NCBI GenBank assembly: GCA_965219415.1
Contig: CBDCNP010000002.1
Location: forward strand, 2,784,001 to 2,848,000
Direction of reading: 5' to 3'
Length of the DNA stretch: 64,000 bases
DNA from: Candidatus Marinacidobacterales bacterium
Lineage (GTDB): Bacteria > Acidobacteriota > Vicinamibacteria > Marinacidobacterales > DATDRI01
Numbering within the stretch: position 1 is the first letter of the stretch; each line of letters starts with the position of its first letter. The notes below the pieces were generated by a model that was not told where the DNA came from, did no database searches, and saw nothing but the letters and a program-made list of their open reading frames with translations. Shown here piece by piece: positions 48,826-57,556 of this stretch. The translations under genes and the position numbers were made by a program.

Positions 48826-48947
48826 GCCTCATGCTTCGCTAACTTCACTCAGTCGCGCCCTCGCTCCTCGCTCGGCCGCTAGCCGCTCCGCCGACTTCGC
48901 GGCTGCGCGGCAGCTGAAGGCTCTCTGGCCGACGGGCCTCCGGCCCG
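48826..48947. repeat. Repeat mosaic in murE-murF spacer
   Basis: 48851-48869 is the exact reverse complement of 54507-54525; 48826-48838 is the exact reverse complement of 54466-54478. Confidence 0.75.
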
Positions 48948-50432
48948 TTAGTGGCTATTCAACGGCTGCATACGTCGAGTCAAGATCTCCCGTACCACCT
49001 GTCTGTCGTCGAACGGAATCATGCGTTCGCCGATAACCTGATAGGGTTCATGTCCCTTTCCCGCCACCAAGACCACATCCTCCGGCTCACTCAAAGAGAG
49101 AGCGAGCGCGATGGCCTTGCGGCGATCGGGCTCCACCCTGACCTCTGCCTGACACTGGGGTCCCTTGGTGCCCAGCTCGATCTCTCGAATAATGGCATCC
49201 GGGTCTTCGCTTCTCGGATTGTCGGAAGTCAAAACAACTAGATCCGAGAGGCGCGCGGCAACTGCCCCCATCAACGGCCGCTTCGAGCGATCGCGATCGC
49301 CGCCGCACCCGAAGACCGTTCGGACTTTGGAGTGTGGCAGGGCCCGGGTCGTCTCTAAGATGTTGCGCAAGGCGTCATCGGTATGGGCATAGTCCACGAC
49401 GACGTGAAAAGCCTGCCCGGCTTCGATCTTCTCGTAACGCCCTGGTACGCCCTCGATTTGGGCCAGCGCCTTCAAAATATCGGTCGCGTCGAGACCCAAT
49501 GCTATGGCCGCCCCGTAGGCGGCCAAGAGGTTCAACACATTGTGACGGCCCACCAACTGGCTCTCGATCTCTCGCGCGGTTCCGCGGTCATTGAATCGGA
49601 GACGAAGTCCGTCGAAGTCCGCTTCTACGGTTTCGACACGCAGATCGGCCTCGGCTACATAGCCGTAGGTGAGGGTCGAGCGATGGTTGAGAGACTCGAC
49701 CAAACGGCGGCCATAGCCATCATCGAGCCCTACCACCGCGGTCCCCGCCGGTCGAAGATGGTGCTCGAAGAGCGTTCGTTTGGCTGCGAAGTAGTCTTCC
49801 ATGTCGCGGTGAAAGTCGAGGTGATCTCGGCTCAAGTTCGTGAAGACCGCACACTCGAACTCGGTACCTTCTAGACGCCAGAGCGCCAACCCGTGCGAGG
49901 AGACCTCCAGGACTCCGAAACGGCAACCCTCTTCAACGGAGCTCCTCAGAAAAGACTGGAGCTCAGGGGATTCGGGAGTGGTGTGTCGAGCCGGCTTGCT
50001 CACCGAGCCCACCCTGTGCACGACCGTTCCCATCATCGCCGACGGGGGGGCTAAACTCTGAAAGACGACATCCAACAAAAAAGCGGTCGTGGTCTTGCCG
50101 TTCGTACCGGTCACGCCAACTAGGTTCAGCTGCCGCGATGGTTGGCCGAGGAAACTCGCCGCCAGCAAACCTGCCGCGCGGCGGGCGTCAGAAGTGCGCA
50201 CCCACACGAGCCCATCCTGTCCCGGGGTGTTCTCACTGACCACCGCGATCGCGCCTCGCTTGATTGCGTCACCGATGTAACGATGGCCATCGGTCGTCTG
50301 ACCAGCGATTGCAACGAAGACGAAGCCCGGCTCGACGGCCCGCGAGTCGACGGTCACACCTTTGACGTCAGACGTGACGGTCCCCCGCAACTCCTCGACA
50401 GGAATGTTCGACAGAAGATCCCCCAGGGTCAT
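48948..50432 (-). CDS. murE: UDP-MurNAc-dipeptide--meso-DAP ligase
   Basis: VTGTNGKTT, TTPE, EVSSH, DHLDFH, DYAHT, GCGGDRD..KRP, DNPR (DAP specificity), AGKGHE; ATG overlaps the ftsI stop. Confidence 0.97.
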   Translation of the reverse strand: MTLGDLLSNIPVEELRGTVTSDVKGVTVDSRAVEPGFVFVAIAGQTTDGHRYIGDAIKRGAIAVVSENTPGQDGLVWVRTSDARRAAGLLAASFLGQPSRQLNLVGVTGTNGKTTTAFLLDVVFQSLAPPSAMMGTVVHRVGSVSKPARHTTPESPELQSFLRSSVEEGCRFGVLEVSSHGLALWRLEGTEFECAVFTNLSRDHLDFHRDMEDYFAAKRTLFEHHLRPAGTAVVGLDDGYGRRLVESLNHRSTLTYGYVAEADLRVETVEADFDGLRLRFNDRGTAREIESQLVGRHNVLNLLAAYGAAIALGLDATDILKALAQIEGVPGRYEKIEAGQAFHVVVDYAHTDDALRNILETTRALPHSKVRTVFGCGGDRDRSKRPLMGAVAARLSDLVVLTSDNPRSEDPDAIIREIELGTKGPQCQAEVRVEPDRRKAIALALSLSEPEDVVLVAGKGHEPYQVIGERMIPFDDRQVVREILTRRMQPLNSH

Positions 50433-52435
50433 TGGTTGCGGCCTCCAAGAAACACCAGACACCGTGAGCCGGGGTCCATCGGCGATCCGGCCGGAGGATC
50501 CTGATCGATGACCCACCCCGAGCCCATGAGAGCGGGAGACAAATTGGCGGCGATCAGGCGAGCCACCGCGTCGCGCGCCGGAAGTCCCGCCAGGGAGGGC
50601 ATTCTTATCGTGGCCGACACCCGGGGTCCAAACGCTGCACGAGCCACCGGGATGGAACGCGCCCCCGACCCGCCGTTTGTTTTTTCCAGTCGTTCCTGCC
50701 GCGGCCAACGCGAGGCCAATTTGATGGAACGAGCACCCTCCTCCTCCCTCGGCACATCCGGCGGAACACCCAAGTAACGGAGGCTTCTCTCCACGATGCG
50801 CGCAAAGACGCCCGCGGCGCGGCTCCCTGAATGATCTCCGGTTGGCGAGTCCAGCAAAACGAGGGCGGTGAGTTCGGGAGCGCCAGCCGGAGCGAACCCA
50901 ACAAAGGAGGCGACAAAATCCGTCTTCGAATAGCCTCCTTCCGGCGCGGCTTTCTGAGCGGTTCCCGTCTTTCCCGCCACGGTGTAGCCGGGAACAGCGG
51001 CGCGCCTGCCGGTGCCTCGCTCGACCGCCCCGACCAAGATGTCGCTGAGTCGAGCCGCGGTCTCCATGCTGACGACCCGGCGCACCGGCAAAGGAGCTGC
51101 GCTAGTCAGGGCTTCGTTGCGAGGCGAGCGGATCTCCTTGACCAAAATAGGGCGCATCAAGTAGCCGGAGGCGGCAACCGCGTTGACCGCAGTCACCATC
51201 TGAAGCGGCGTCACCGCGATCTCCTGCCCGAACGAGATGGCTGCGACTGTGACCGGCCACCACTCCGAGACGTCGCGAAGAATTCCCCGGCTCTCCGCTG
51301 AAAGCCCAACCCCTGTCGGTTCGCCGAAGCCGAAGGCTCGCACATACGCCTCGAGTCGCTCCCGCCCCAAGCGCTGGCCGATCCGAATCATCCCGACGTT
51401 GCTCGACCGTTCGAGGACCTCACGGAAAGTGAGAACGTCGAACACCTGATGGTCGCGAATGAGGCGTTCGCCGATCTCGATCGATCCCCGCCCACAGTCG
51501 ATCCGTTCGTCCTCGGTCACCACGCCTTCTTCGAGGGCGGCAGCGGCAGTGATGATCTTGAACGTAGACCCGGGCTCATAGGCGTCGGTCACCGAGCGAT
51601 TGCGCCAAGTGCTCGGATGAAAATCCCCGTAGCGGTTCGGATTGAATCCCGGCACTGCGGCCATGGCTAGGATCTCACCGGTCTCGGGACGCAACAGAAT
51701 AGCCAACCCACCCTTTGACCCACTTTCATCGACCGCTGCCTCCAATTCGGTCTCGGCCACGTACTGGAGCGTTTCATTGATGGTCAGATAAATGTTTCGA
51801 CCCGGCTGGGGGAGCTTCTCCACACGGCTGGCGGCGGGCCGGTTTCGGGCGTCGCTCCAAATGATTTGCCGTCCGTCCTCTCCCCGAATCTCCTTCTCGA
51901 AAGCGTACTCGACGCCGCTCATGCCTTCGTTGTCCATTCCCACATAACCCAAAACGTGGGCCGCAAGACGGCGTTTCGGATAGAAGCGACGGGTCTCGGG
52001 AAGGAAGTGCACACCTGAGAGACCGAGTCCACGAACGCAGTCGGCGGTGGCGGGATCCACTTTTCGATCGACCCAGAGGAAACTCTTGTCGCTCGCCAGA
52101 CGCGCGGATAGCTCTCCGATGTCCAGGCTCAAGCAGCTGCCTAATCGGTTCGCGGTAGCACCGGGATCTTCGATCGCTCGTGGTACCGCATAAACCGACT
52201 CCACATCCACACTCACGGCGAGTAGCCGCACATTGCGGTCGTAGATCGTTCCCCGCGTGGGATCGATCTTCATCGTGTGTTGCTGCTGAATCTCGGCTCG
52301 CTCCTGAAGACTATGGCGCGCATAAATCTGCAAATACGCCAACCGACCGACCAGCCCACTCACCCAAAGCGTGCTCAATAGAGCGAGCAACGTGACTCTG
52401 AAGCGAGCGCGGGCCAAATTGCGGTTACGGTCCAC
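50429..52435 (-). CDS. ftsI: Class B penicillin-binding protein with PASTA domain (PBP3)
   Basis: RG.IYDRN, EPGSTFK (SxxK), SSN (SxN), GKTGTAQK, C-terminal PASTA-like MPSL.G. Confidence 0.95.
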   Translation of the reverse strand: MDRNRNLARARFRVTLLALLSTLWVSGLVGRLAYLQIYARHSLQERAEIQQQHTMKIDPTRGTIYDRNVRLLAVSVDVESVYAVPRAIEDPGATANRLGSCLSLDIGELSARLASDKSFLWVDRKVDPATADCVRGLGLSGVHFLPETRRFYPKRRLAAHVLGYVGMDNEGMSGVEYAFEKEIRGEDGRQIIWSDARNRPAASRVEKLPQPGRNIYLTINETLQYVAETELEAAVDESGSKGGLAILLRPETGEILAMAAVPGFNPNRYGDFHPSTWRNRSVTDAYEPGSTFKIITAAAALEEGVVTEDERIDCGRGSIEIGERLIRDHQVFDVLTFREVLERSSNVGMIRIGQRLGRERLEAYVRAFGFGEPTGVGLSAESRGILRDVSEWWPVTVAAISFGQEIAVTPLQMVTAVNAVAASGYLMRPILVKEIRSPRNEALTSAAPLPVRRVVSMETAARLSDILVGAVERGTGRRAAVPGYTVAGKTGTAQKAAPEGGYSKTDFVASFVGFAPAGAPELTALVLLDSPTGDHSGSRAAGVFARIVERSLRYLGVPPDVPREEEGARSIKLASRWPRQERLEKTNGGSGARSIPVARAAFGPRVSATIRMPSLAGLPARDAVARLIAANLSPALMGSGWVIDQDPPAGSPMDPGSRCLVFLGGRNQ

Positions 52436-52437
52436 TC

Positions 52438-52812
52438 CTACTCCTCGGGCGTACTCTCTTCTCGGACACGGTAAGGCTCGATGACCACAACTTGGTTGTC
52501 GGATGGCGGTACCATCCTCAAGTCGCGAGTCGCGATGGTCTCGATGCGATCCGGTGAGACCAGCGACGCCCTCTCGAGCGAGAGTTGTCGTTGAATCTTG
52601 ACGAGGTACTCCCGCTCACGCTTCTGCTCTTCCATCCGGTAGCCGTTTCGAATCATTTCGAAATGCTGCCAACCGTATGCCAGGACGGCGGCGGCCAAGA
52701 AGAGTCCGGTGATCGTGACCATTACGAGTTGTTTGTTGCGTTCCCGGTCGACCTGCCGCACCAACTGTTCGTTGGCTACTCGCCTACTGACTTGATAGCG
52801 ACGATTAGTCAT
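52438..52812 (-). CDS. ftsL: Cell division protein FtsL
   Basis: Short cytoplasmic tail, TM, leucine-zipper coiled coil with L.LE.ASL.SP.RIE.IA; lies between rsmH and ftsI. Confidence 0.85.
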   Translation of the reverse strand: MTNRRYQVSRRVANEQLVRQVDRERNKQLVMVTITGLFLAAAVLAYGWQHFEMIRNGYRMEEQKREREYLVKIQRQLSLERASLVSPDRIETIATRDLRMVPPSDNQVVVIEPYRVREESTPEE

Positions 52813-53705
52813 GTCAAGACGCTCGTTCGTTCGAGCGCTCGAAGCTTGGCGCTCCGTGCGCGGCGGTTCTCTGCAATCTCGACTTCGCCGGCACGAATCG
52901 GTTTGCGAGTCAACACGCGAAAGCTCTCGGAGTCTTTCTTTTCTCTGAATGCCCACTTCACGGCTCGGTCTTCTAGCGAATGGTAAGAGATAATTACTAA
53001 GCGGCCACGCGGCGCGAGTCGCTCCGCAGCGGTCTCGAGGAACGCATCGAGTGCCTCTAACTCATGGTTCACAGCGATTCGGAGGGCCTGGAAGGTGCGG
53101 GTCGCCGGGTCGATGCCACGACGGCGCGCCGGACCCAGAACAGAATGCACTGCCCGACGCAGTTCCGCAGTGCTATGAATCGGCCGCCGCTGAACGATAC
53201 GGCGTGCGATGGCGCGTGACTTTCGTTCCTCTCCGAAATTGAAAATAAGATCGGCGAGCTCTTCCTCGTCGAGTCGGTTGATGAGCTCGGCCGCGGTTTC
53301 TCCCGCGCTCTGGTCGAATCTCATGTCGAGCGGACCCTCCGAGGAGAAAGCGAAACCGCGTTCGCCATCATCCAGCTGGGCGCTGGAAAGGCCGAGATCG
53401 GCTACGATGCCATTCACGTTCGTGAAAGATTCCCTATCGAGATGTTCGGATAGATCGGCGAACGAACCCTGACGCAACCGTACTCGGTCGCCGAAGCGAT
53501 GCAGTCGCGCGCCCGCTACCGTTAGGGCCGCTTCGTCGCGATCCAGTCCCAGCAACCGGCCCGACGGCGAAGACGCTTCCAGGATCGCTTCCGCGTGACC
53601 CCCGGCGCCGAGCGTGGCATCGACGACGACTCCGTCCTGATGAGGGTCGAGCTGGGCAAGCACCTCGGCCACGAGTACCGATCGATGCGGATACTCCAAG
53701 GGCAT
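52809..53705 (-). CDS. rsmH: 16S rRNA m4C1402 methyltransferase
   Basis: H.SVL..EV, DATLG.GGH, DLGLSS.QLD, PLDMR, TFQALRIAVN.EL, HSLEDR.VK, ARSAKLR. Confidence 0.97.
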   Translation of the reverse strand: MPLEYPHRSVLVAEVLAQLDPHQDGVVVDATLGAGGHAEAILEASSPSGRLLGLDRDEAALTVAGARLHRFGDRVRLRQGSFADLSEHLDRESFTNVNGIVADLGLSSAQLDDGERGFAFSSEGPLDMRFDQSAGETAAELINRLDEEELADLIFNFGEERKSRAIARRIVQRRPIHSTAELRRAVHSVLGPARRRGIDPATRTFQALRIAVNHELEALDAFLETAAERLAPRGRLVIISYHSLEDRAVKWAFREKKDSESFRVLTRKPIRAGEVEIAENRRARSAKLRALERTSVLT

Positions 53706-53735
53706 CACTTCCCTTTCCTCCTGCACCAAGAGCAT

Positions 53736-54176
53736 CTAGATTCCGAACTCTGCCAATCGATGGCTGTCGTCTTCTGTCAGCGGGTCGTTCTTCAGTTTTT
53801 CCAAGAACCGCTCGTGGTTCCAAACCTCGAGAAAGTCGTACTTGCCGAGTACGTCGACCGGGCCCTTCATGTCGGCCGCCTCCCGCAGTAGACCTGGGAT
53901 AAGCAGTCTTCCTTGTCTGTCCCGCGACGTCGCCTGTCCGAAGAAATGCACGCGATCGAGAAAGCGAGCCTTCGAAGGGTGCAACCCAGGGATCGCTTCC
54001 AGTTTTCGCTCCAGTTCGATCCACACTTCCATGGGGTACACGCGCACGCTGTCGCCCGTGAGGCTGGTGATAAACACCTCCACCCCGAAGTTCGCCTCCA
54101 GAAGTTGAAGAAACCCGTTAGGTATCTTTATCCGACCCTTGTCATCGACACGGGCAGGATGATTTCCCCGGAGCAC
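53736..54176 (-). CDS. mraZ: Division/cell-wall cluster transcriptional regulator MraZ
   Basis: Two DxKGR/DxQGR AbrB-type motifs, EVW; first gene of the dcw cluster. Confidence 0.95.
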   Translation of the reverse strand: MLRGNHPARVDDKGRIKIPNGFLQLLEANFGVEVFITSLTGDSVRVYPMEVWIELERKLEAIPGLHPSKARFLDRVHFFGQATSRDRQGRLLIPGLLREAADMKGPVDVLGKYDFLEVWNHERFLEKLKNDPLTEDDSHRLAEFGI

Positions 54177-54250
54177 CGAGACCTCCTAATGTCGAGGTCA
54201 AATTCCGCCAAGGATCGGGTACAATCCTAACTTAGACAGAGACCCCTAGA

Positions 54251-54276
54251 CCACTTTGTTCCACTTTACTCCACTT
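54251..54276 (-). promoter_or_regulatory. MraZ-binding direct repeats
   Basis: Three AAGTGG repeats on the minus strand at exact 10 bp spacing (CCACTT at 54251, 54261, 54271), matching the known GTGG[A/G] MraZ boxes. Confidence 0.8.
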
Positions 54277-54279
54277 AAA

Positions 54280-54309
54280 ATCCTAAGGTAGACACGCCTT
54301 CCTTGTCAA
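54280..54309 (-). promoter_or_regulatory. sigma70 promoter of dcw operon
   Basis: Minus strand TTGACA-N18-TAGGAT immediately upstream of the MraZ boxes. Confidence 0.6.
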
Positions 54310-54465
54310 GCTTTAATTAACAAGGAGTTACGGCGATATGGGGTATTCCCTACGCCAAAATGGACGCCCCCGTCGCGCGGCCGCGAATTATCCGGGGGTG
54401 AGTAACCTCGAAGTGATATCGGGACATCTGATTCCTTCGAAGTAGCCCCAAAGCGGACGATTCGA

Positions 54466-54525
54466 CGAAGCATGAGGCTTGGGGGTGGGGCCCCGCGACA
54501 CTAATTGAGGAGCGAGGGCGCGACT
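54466..54525. repeat. Repeat mosaic upstream of ychF
   Basis: CGAAGCATGAGGC-TTGGGGGTGGGGCCCCGCGACACTAATT-GAGGAGCGAGGGCGCGACT; modules shared with about 4808-4850, 44790-44820 and 48826-48869. Confidence 0.75.
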
Positions 54526-54581
54526 AATCTGAAGCCGGTGATTAGGTCTTTGATAGAGGCTCTATAGTAAGATCCCCCCCA

Positions 54582-55643
54582 ATGAAAGCAGGCATTCTTG
54601 GACTCGCAGGCTCCGGCCGACGAACCCTCTTTTCCCTCTTGACGCAGGTGGCCGCCGGTTCGGGCCGGGAAGCCCAGCTCGGCGTTCTCAAGATCCCTGA
54701 TGAACGGCTCGACGAGTTGAATCGGCTGCATGACTCAAGGAAGATCACCCCGGCAACGATCCATTTCGTGTTGGTTCCTGGCCTGGTGAAAGGCGAATCC
54801 CAGGAGAAGCTGGACCTGCCCGCTCTACGCTCGGTCGACGTGCTGGTTCATGTCGCCCGCGCCTTCGAGGACCCGTCGGTGGCTCACCCCGAGGGTTCGG
54901 TAGACCCGGCTCGCGATCTCGAAATGGTGGAGCTCGAGCTCACGCTAGCCGACTTGGCACTGGTGGAGAAGAGACTCGAGCGACTGCAATCCGATTCTGG
55001 GAAAGGGAAGAAAGTCGATCGGCGCGAGCAGGAAGCTCTCGAGCGCGCGCGGGCGAATCTGGCCGATGGCACTCCTTTGCGAGGCGTTCTTTCCGAGGAG
55101 GATCAGACTCGACTTCGTGGCTATGCATTGCTCACTACGAAACCACTCTTGTTGCTCTTGAACGTCGGCGAGGACGATGCGGCGGCGCGGGACGAGTTGC
55201 CCGAAAAACTGGGGCTCAGTCGCTGGATGGAAGCGCCCGAGGTTCGCTTGGCCTACGCCTCTGCGAAGATCGAAGCGGAGATGGCCGAGCTCTCCCCTGA
55301 GGATGCGCTAGCTTTTCGCGAGAGCCTGGGACTGGCCGAGGACACCATCGAGCGTATCGTGTCGGCGGCTTTCGAGCTTTTGGGAATGATCACCTTTTAC
55401 ACGACTGGTGAGAAGGAATCGCGAGCATGGGTCATTACCCGCAGCACAGCCGCGTCAGTTGCGGCGGGCACCATCCATAGCGACATGGAGCGTGGCTTCA
55501 TTCGGGCCGAGGTCGTGCACTATGAGGCACTGAGGGAAGAAGGCACCTGGAACGCGTGCCGTGACAAAGGGATCCTTCGATTGGAAGGCAAAGACTATCC
55601 GCTGGCGGACGGCGACGTGGTCATCTTCCGCTTCAACGTGTAG
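54582..55643 (+). CDS. ychF: YchF/Ola1-family protein with degenerate G motifs
   Basis: PDERL, HV.RAF, P.RDLE..ELEL..AD, LLT.KP, E.RAW, AG.IHSD.ERGFIRAEV, EGKDY...DGDV..FRFNV. Confidence 0.9.
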   Translation: MKAGILGLAGSGRRTLFSLLTQVAAGSGREAQLGVLKIPDERLDELNRLHDSRKITPATIHFVLVPGLVKGESQEKLDLPALRSVDVLVHVARAFEDPSVAHPEGSVDPARDLEMVELELTLADLALVEKRLERLQSDSGKGKKVDRREQEALERARANLADGTPLRGVLSEEDQTRLRGYALLTTKPLLLLLNVGEDDAAARDELPEKLGLSRWMEAPEVRLAYASAKIEAEMAELSPEDALAFRESLGLAEDTIERIVSAAFELLGMITFYTTGEKESRAWVITRSTAASVAAGTIHSDMERGFIRAEVVHYEALREEGTWNACRDKGILRLEGKDYPLADGDVVIFRFNV

Positions 55644-55658
55644 ATTAGTAAAGCGGTC

Positions 55659-56654
55659 ATGAAGCTAATTGTCCAAATTCCGTGCCTGAACGAAGCCGAC
55701 TCGCTTCCCATGACGCTCGCGGAAATTCCGCGGCGCATCGCCGGAGTGGACGAGGTTGAAATTCTGGTCGTCGACGACGGTTCCACCGACGGCTCGCCGG
55801 AAATCGCCGCGCAACATGGAGCGGACCACGTCATACACTTCGAGCGAAACCGAGGCCTCGCGGCTACTTTCAAGGCCGGAATCGATGCCTCCCTCCGCTT
55901 GGGAGCAAACATCATCGTTAATACCGATGGAGACAACCAGTATCCAGGTTCCGAGATCCCGAGATTGATCGCACCAATCCTCGAGGGCCGGGCCGAGATG
56001 GTGATCGGAGACCGCGAGGTAGGGAACGTGGAGCACTTCTCCTTCACCAAGAAAAAACTCCAGGCCATCGGTAGCTGGGTGGTTCGACAAGTATCGGGCA
56101 CCAAAGTTCCCGATACGACCAGCGGGTTCCGAGCCTTCTCCCGAAACGCGGCGCAACGACTGAACGTGATTTCCGATTACACCTACACGCTCGAGACCAT
56201 CATTCAGGCGGGCAAGAAACGAATGGCCATTGAGCAGATACGCATTACGCCGCGACCAACGCGACCCAGCCGACTCATCTCCAGCGATTGGAACTACGTC
56301 AAGCGTTCCGCTGCGACCATCGTGCGAATCTACGCGATGTACGAGCCGCTCAAGATATTCAGCTACATCGGTGCGGTTTTCTTGGCCGCCGGCCTCCTCC
56401 TCTCTGCTCGCTATGGCTACTTCGTTTGGATCGGAGAGGGTCGCGGGCACGTGCAGTCGGTGATCGCCGCGGGGGCCTTACTGATCGTCGGTTTCCAGAT
56501 CGTCCTCATCGGCCTCGTTGCGGACATCATGGGCTCGGTGAGACGGCTCCTCGAAGAGGTTCTCTACCGCCAACGGCGCCTTGAAGACCAAGTATCCTCG
56601 GCCGACGCCGAGAAATCCTCCGCCCCCGAGCCCGCCACGAGGAAAAATATCTGA
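55659..56654 (+). CDS. GT2 glycosyltransferase (DPM1-like) with C-terminal TMs
   Basis: IPCLNE, VDDGSTD, DGDNQY, D.TSGFRA, two C-terminal TM helices. Confidence 0.9.
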   Translation: MKLIVQIPCLNEADSLPMTLAEIPRRIAGVDEVEILVVDDGSTDGSPEIAAQHGADHVIHFERNRGLAATFKAGIDASLRLGANIIVNTDGDNQYPGSEIPRLIAPILEGRAEMVIGDREVGNVEHFSFTKKKLQAIGSWVVRQVSGTKVPDTTSGFRAFSRNAAQRLNVISDYTYTLETIIQAGKKRMAIEQIRITPRPTRPSRLISSDWNYVKRSAATIVRIYAMYEPLKIFSYIGAVFLAAGLLLSARYGYFVWIGEGRGHVQSVIAAGALLIVGFQIVLIGLVADIMGSVRRLLEEVLYRQRRLEDQVSSADAEKSSAPEPATRKNI

Positions 56655-56655
56655 C

Positions 56656-57555
56656 ATGGTGGAGGCCGAGCGGGTCAGTGTCCTGATCCCGGCGTTCAAT
56701 GAACAGAGCACCATCGGGGCTCTCGTGGAAAAAGTGAAGTCGGCGGGCAACTGGCTAGAAGTCGTGGTCGTCGACGACGGTTCTAGCGATGCCACTGCGG
56801 AAGCCGCCAAAGCAGCAGGGGCCAGGGTGATCCGTCACCCCTACAACAAAGGAAACGGCGCCACGGTGAAATCCGCCATTCGAGCGGCAAAGGGTGAGAT
56901 GGTGCTTCTCATGGATGCCGACGGCCAACACGACCCGGAAGACATTCGGAAGCTGATCGGACCGCTTGGGGAGTACGATCTGGTCGTCGGTGCTCGCGAC
57001 TGGAGTGCCCAGGCCAACGTCTCGCGAGGGTTGGGGAATCTGTTGTTGGCCCGGCTCGCGTCCTACCTGTGCGGGCGGAAGATCCTGGATCTCACATCGG
57101 GTTTTCGCGCCGCGCGGCGGGATCGCCTGCGAGAATTCCTACACCTACTACCAAACGGTTTCAGTTACCCCACCACGAGCACCATGGCGTTCGTAAGAGC
57201 CGGATACAATCTTCTTTTCGTACCCATCACCGGCAAACAACGCACCACCGACTCTCACAGCAAGATGAGGCCCTGGCGGGAAGGTGCCCGGTTCCTGATC
57301 ATCATCCTGCGCATGATTACGCTCTTCAGCCCGTTGCGCATCTTCCTGCCCATAGCCGCAACATTCTTCGTTCTCGGTTCGGGGTATCTGGTCTACACAA
57401 TCATTACCGAGGCTCATGTGACCAATACCTCGGTGCTGCTTCTCACCGCTTCGGCAGTACTTTTCTTGTTCGGGCTCCTCTCGGAGCAGATCGCTTTTCT
57501 CCGGTTCCAACCCCCCCCGCTGGCAGCCAGCGACCGAACCTCCGGCAAGGACTAG
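56656..57555 (+). CDS. GT2 glycosyltransferase (DPM1-like) with C-terminal TMs
   Basis: IPAFNE, VDDGSSD, NKGNG, DADGQH, D.TSGFRA, FSYPTT. Confidence 0.9.
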   Translation: MVEAERVSVLIPAFNEQSTIGALVEKVKSAGNWLEVVVVDDGSSDATAEAAKAAGARVIRHPYNKGNGATVKSAIRAAKGEMVLLMDADGQHDPEDIRKLIGPLGEYDLVVGARDWSAQANVSRGLGNLLLARLASYLCGRKILDLTSGFRAARRDRLREFLHLLPNGFSYPTTSTMAFVRAGYNLLFVPITGKQRTTDSHSKMRPWREGARFLIIILRMITLFSPLRIFLPIAATFFVLGSGYLVYTIITEAHVTNTSVLLLTASAVLFLFGLLSEQIAFLRFQPPPLAASDRTSGKD

Positions 57556-57556
57556 T

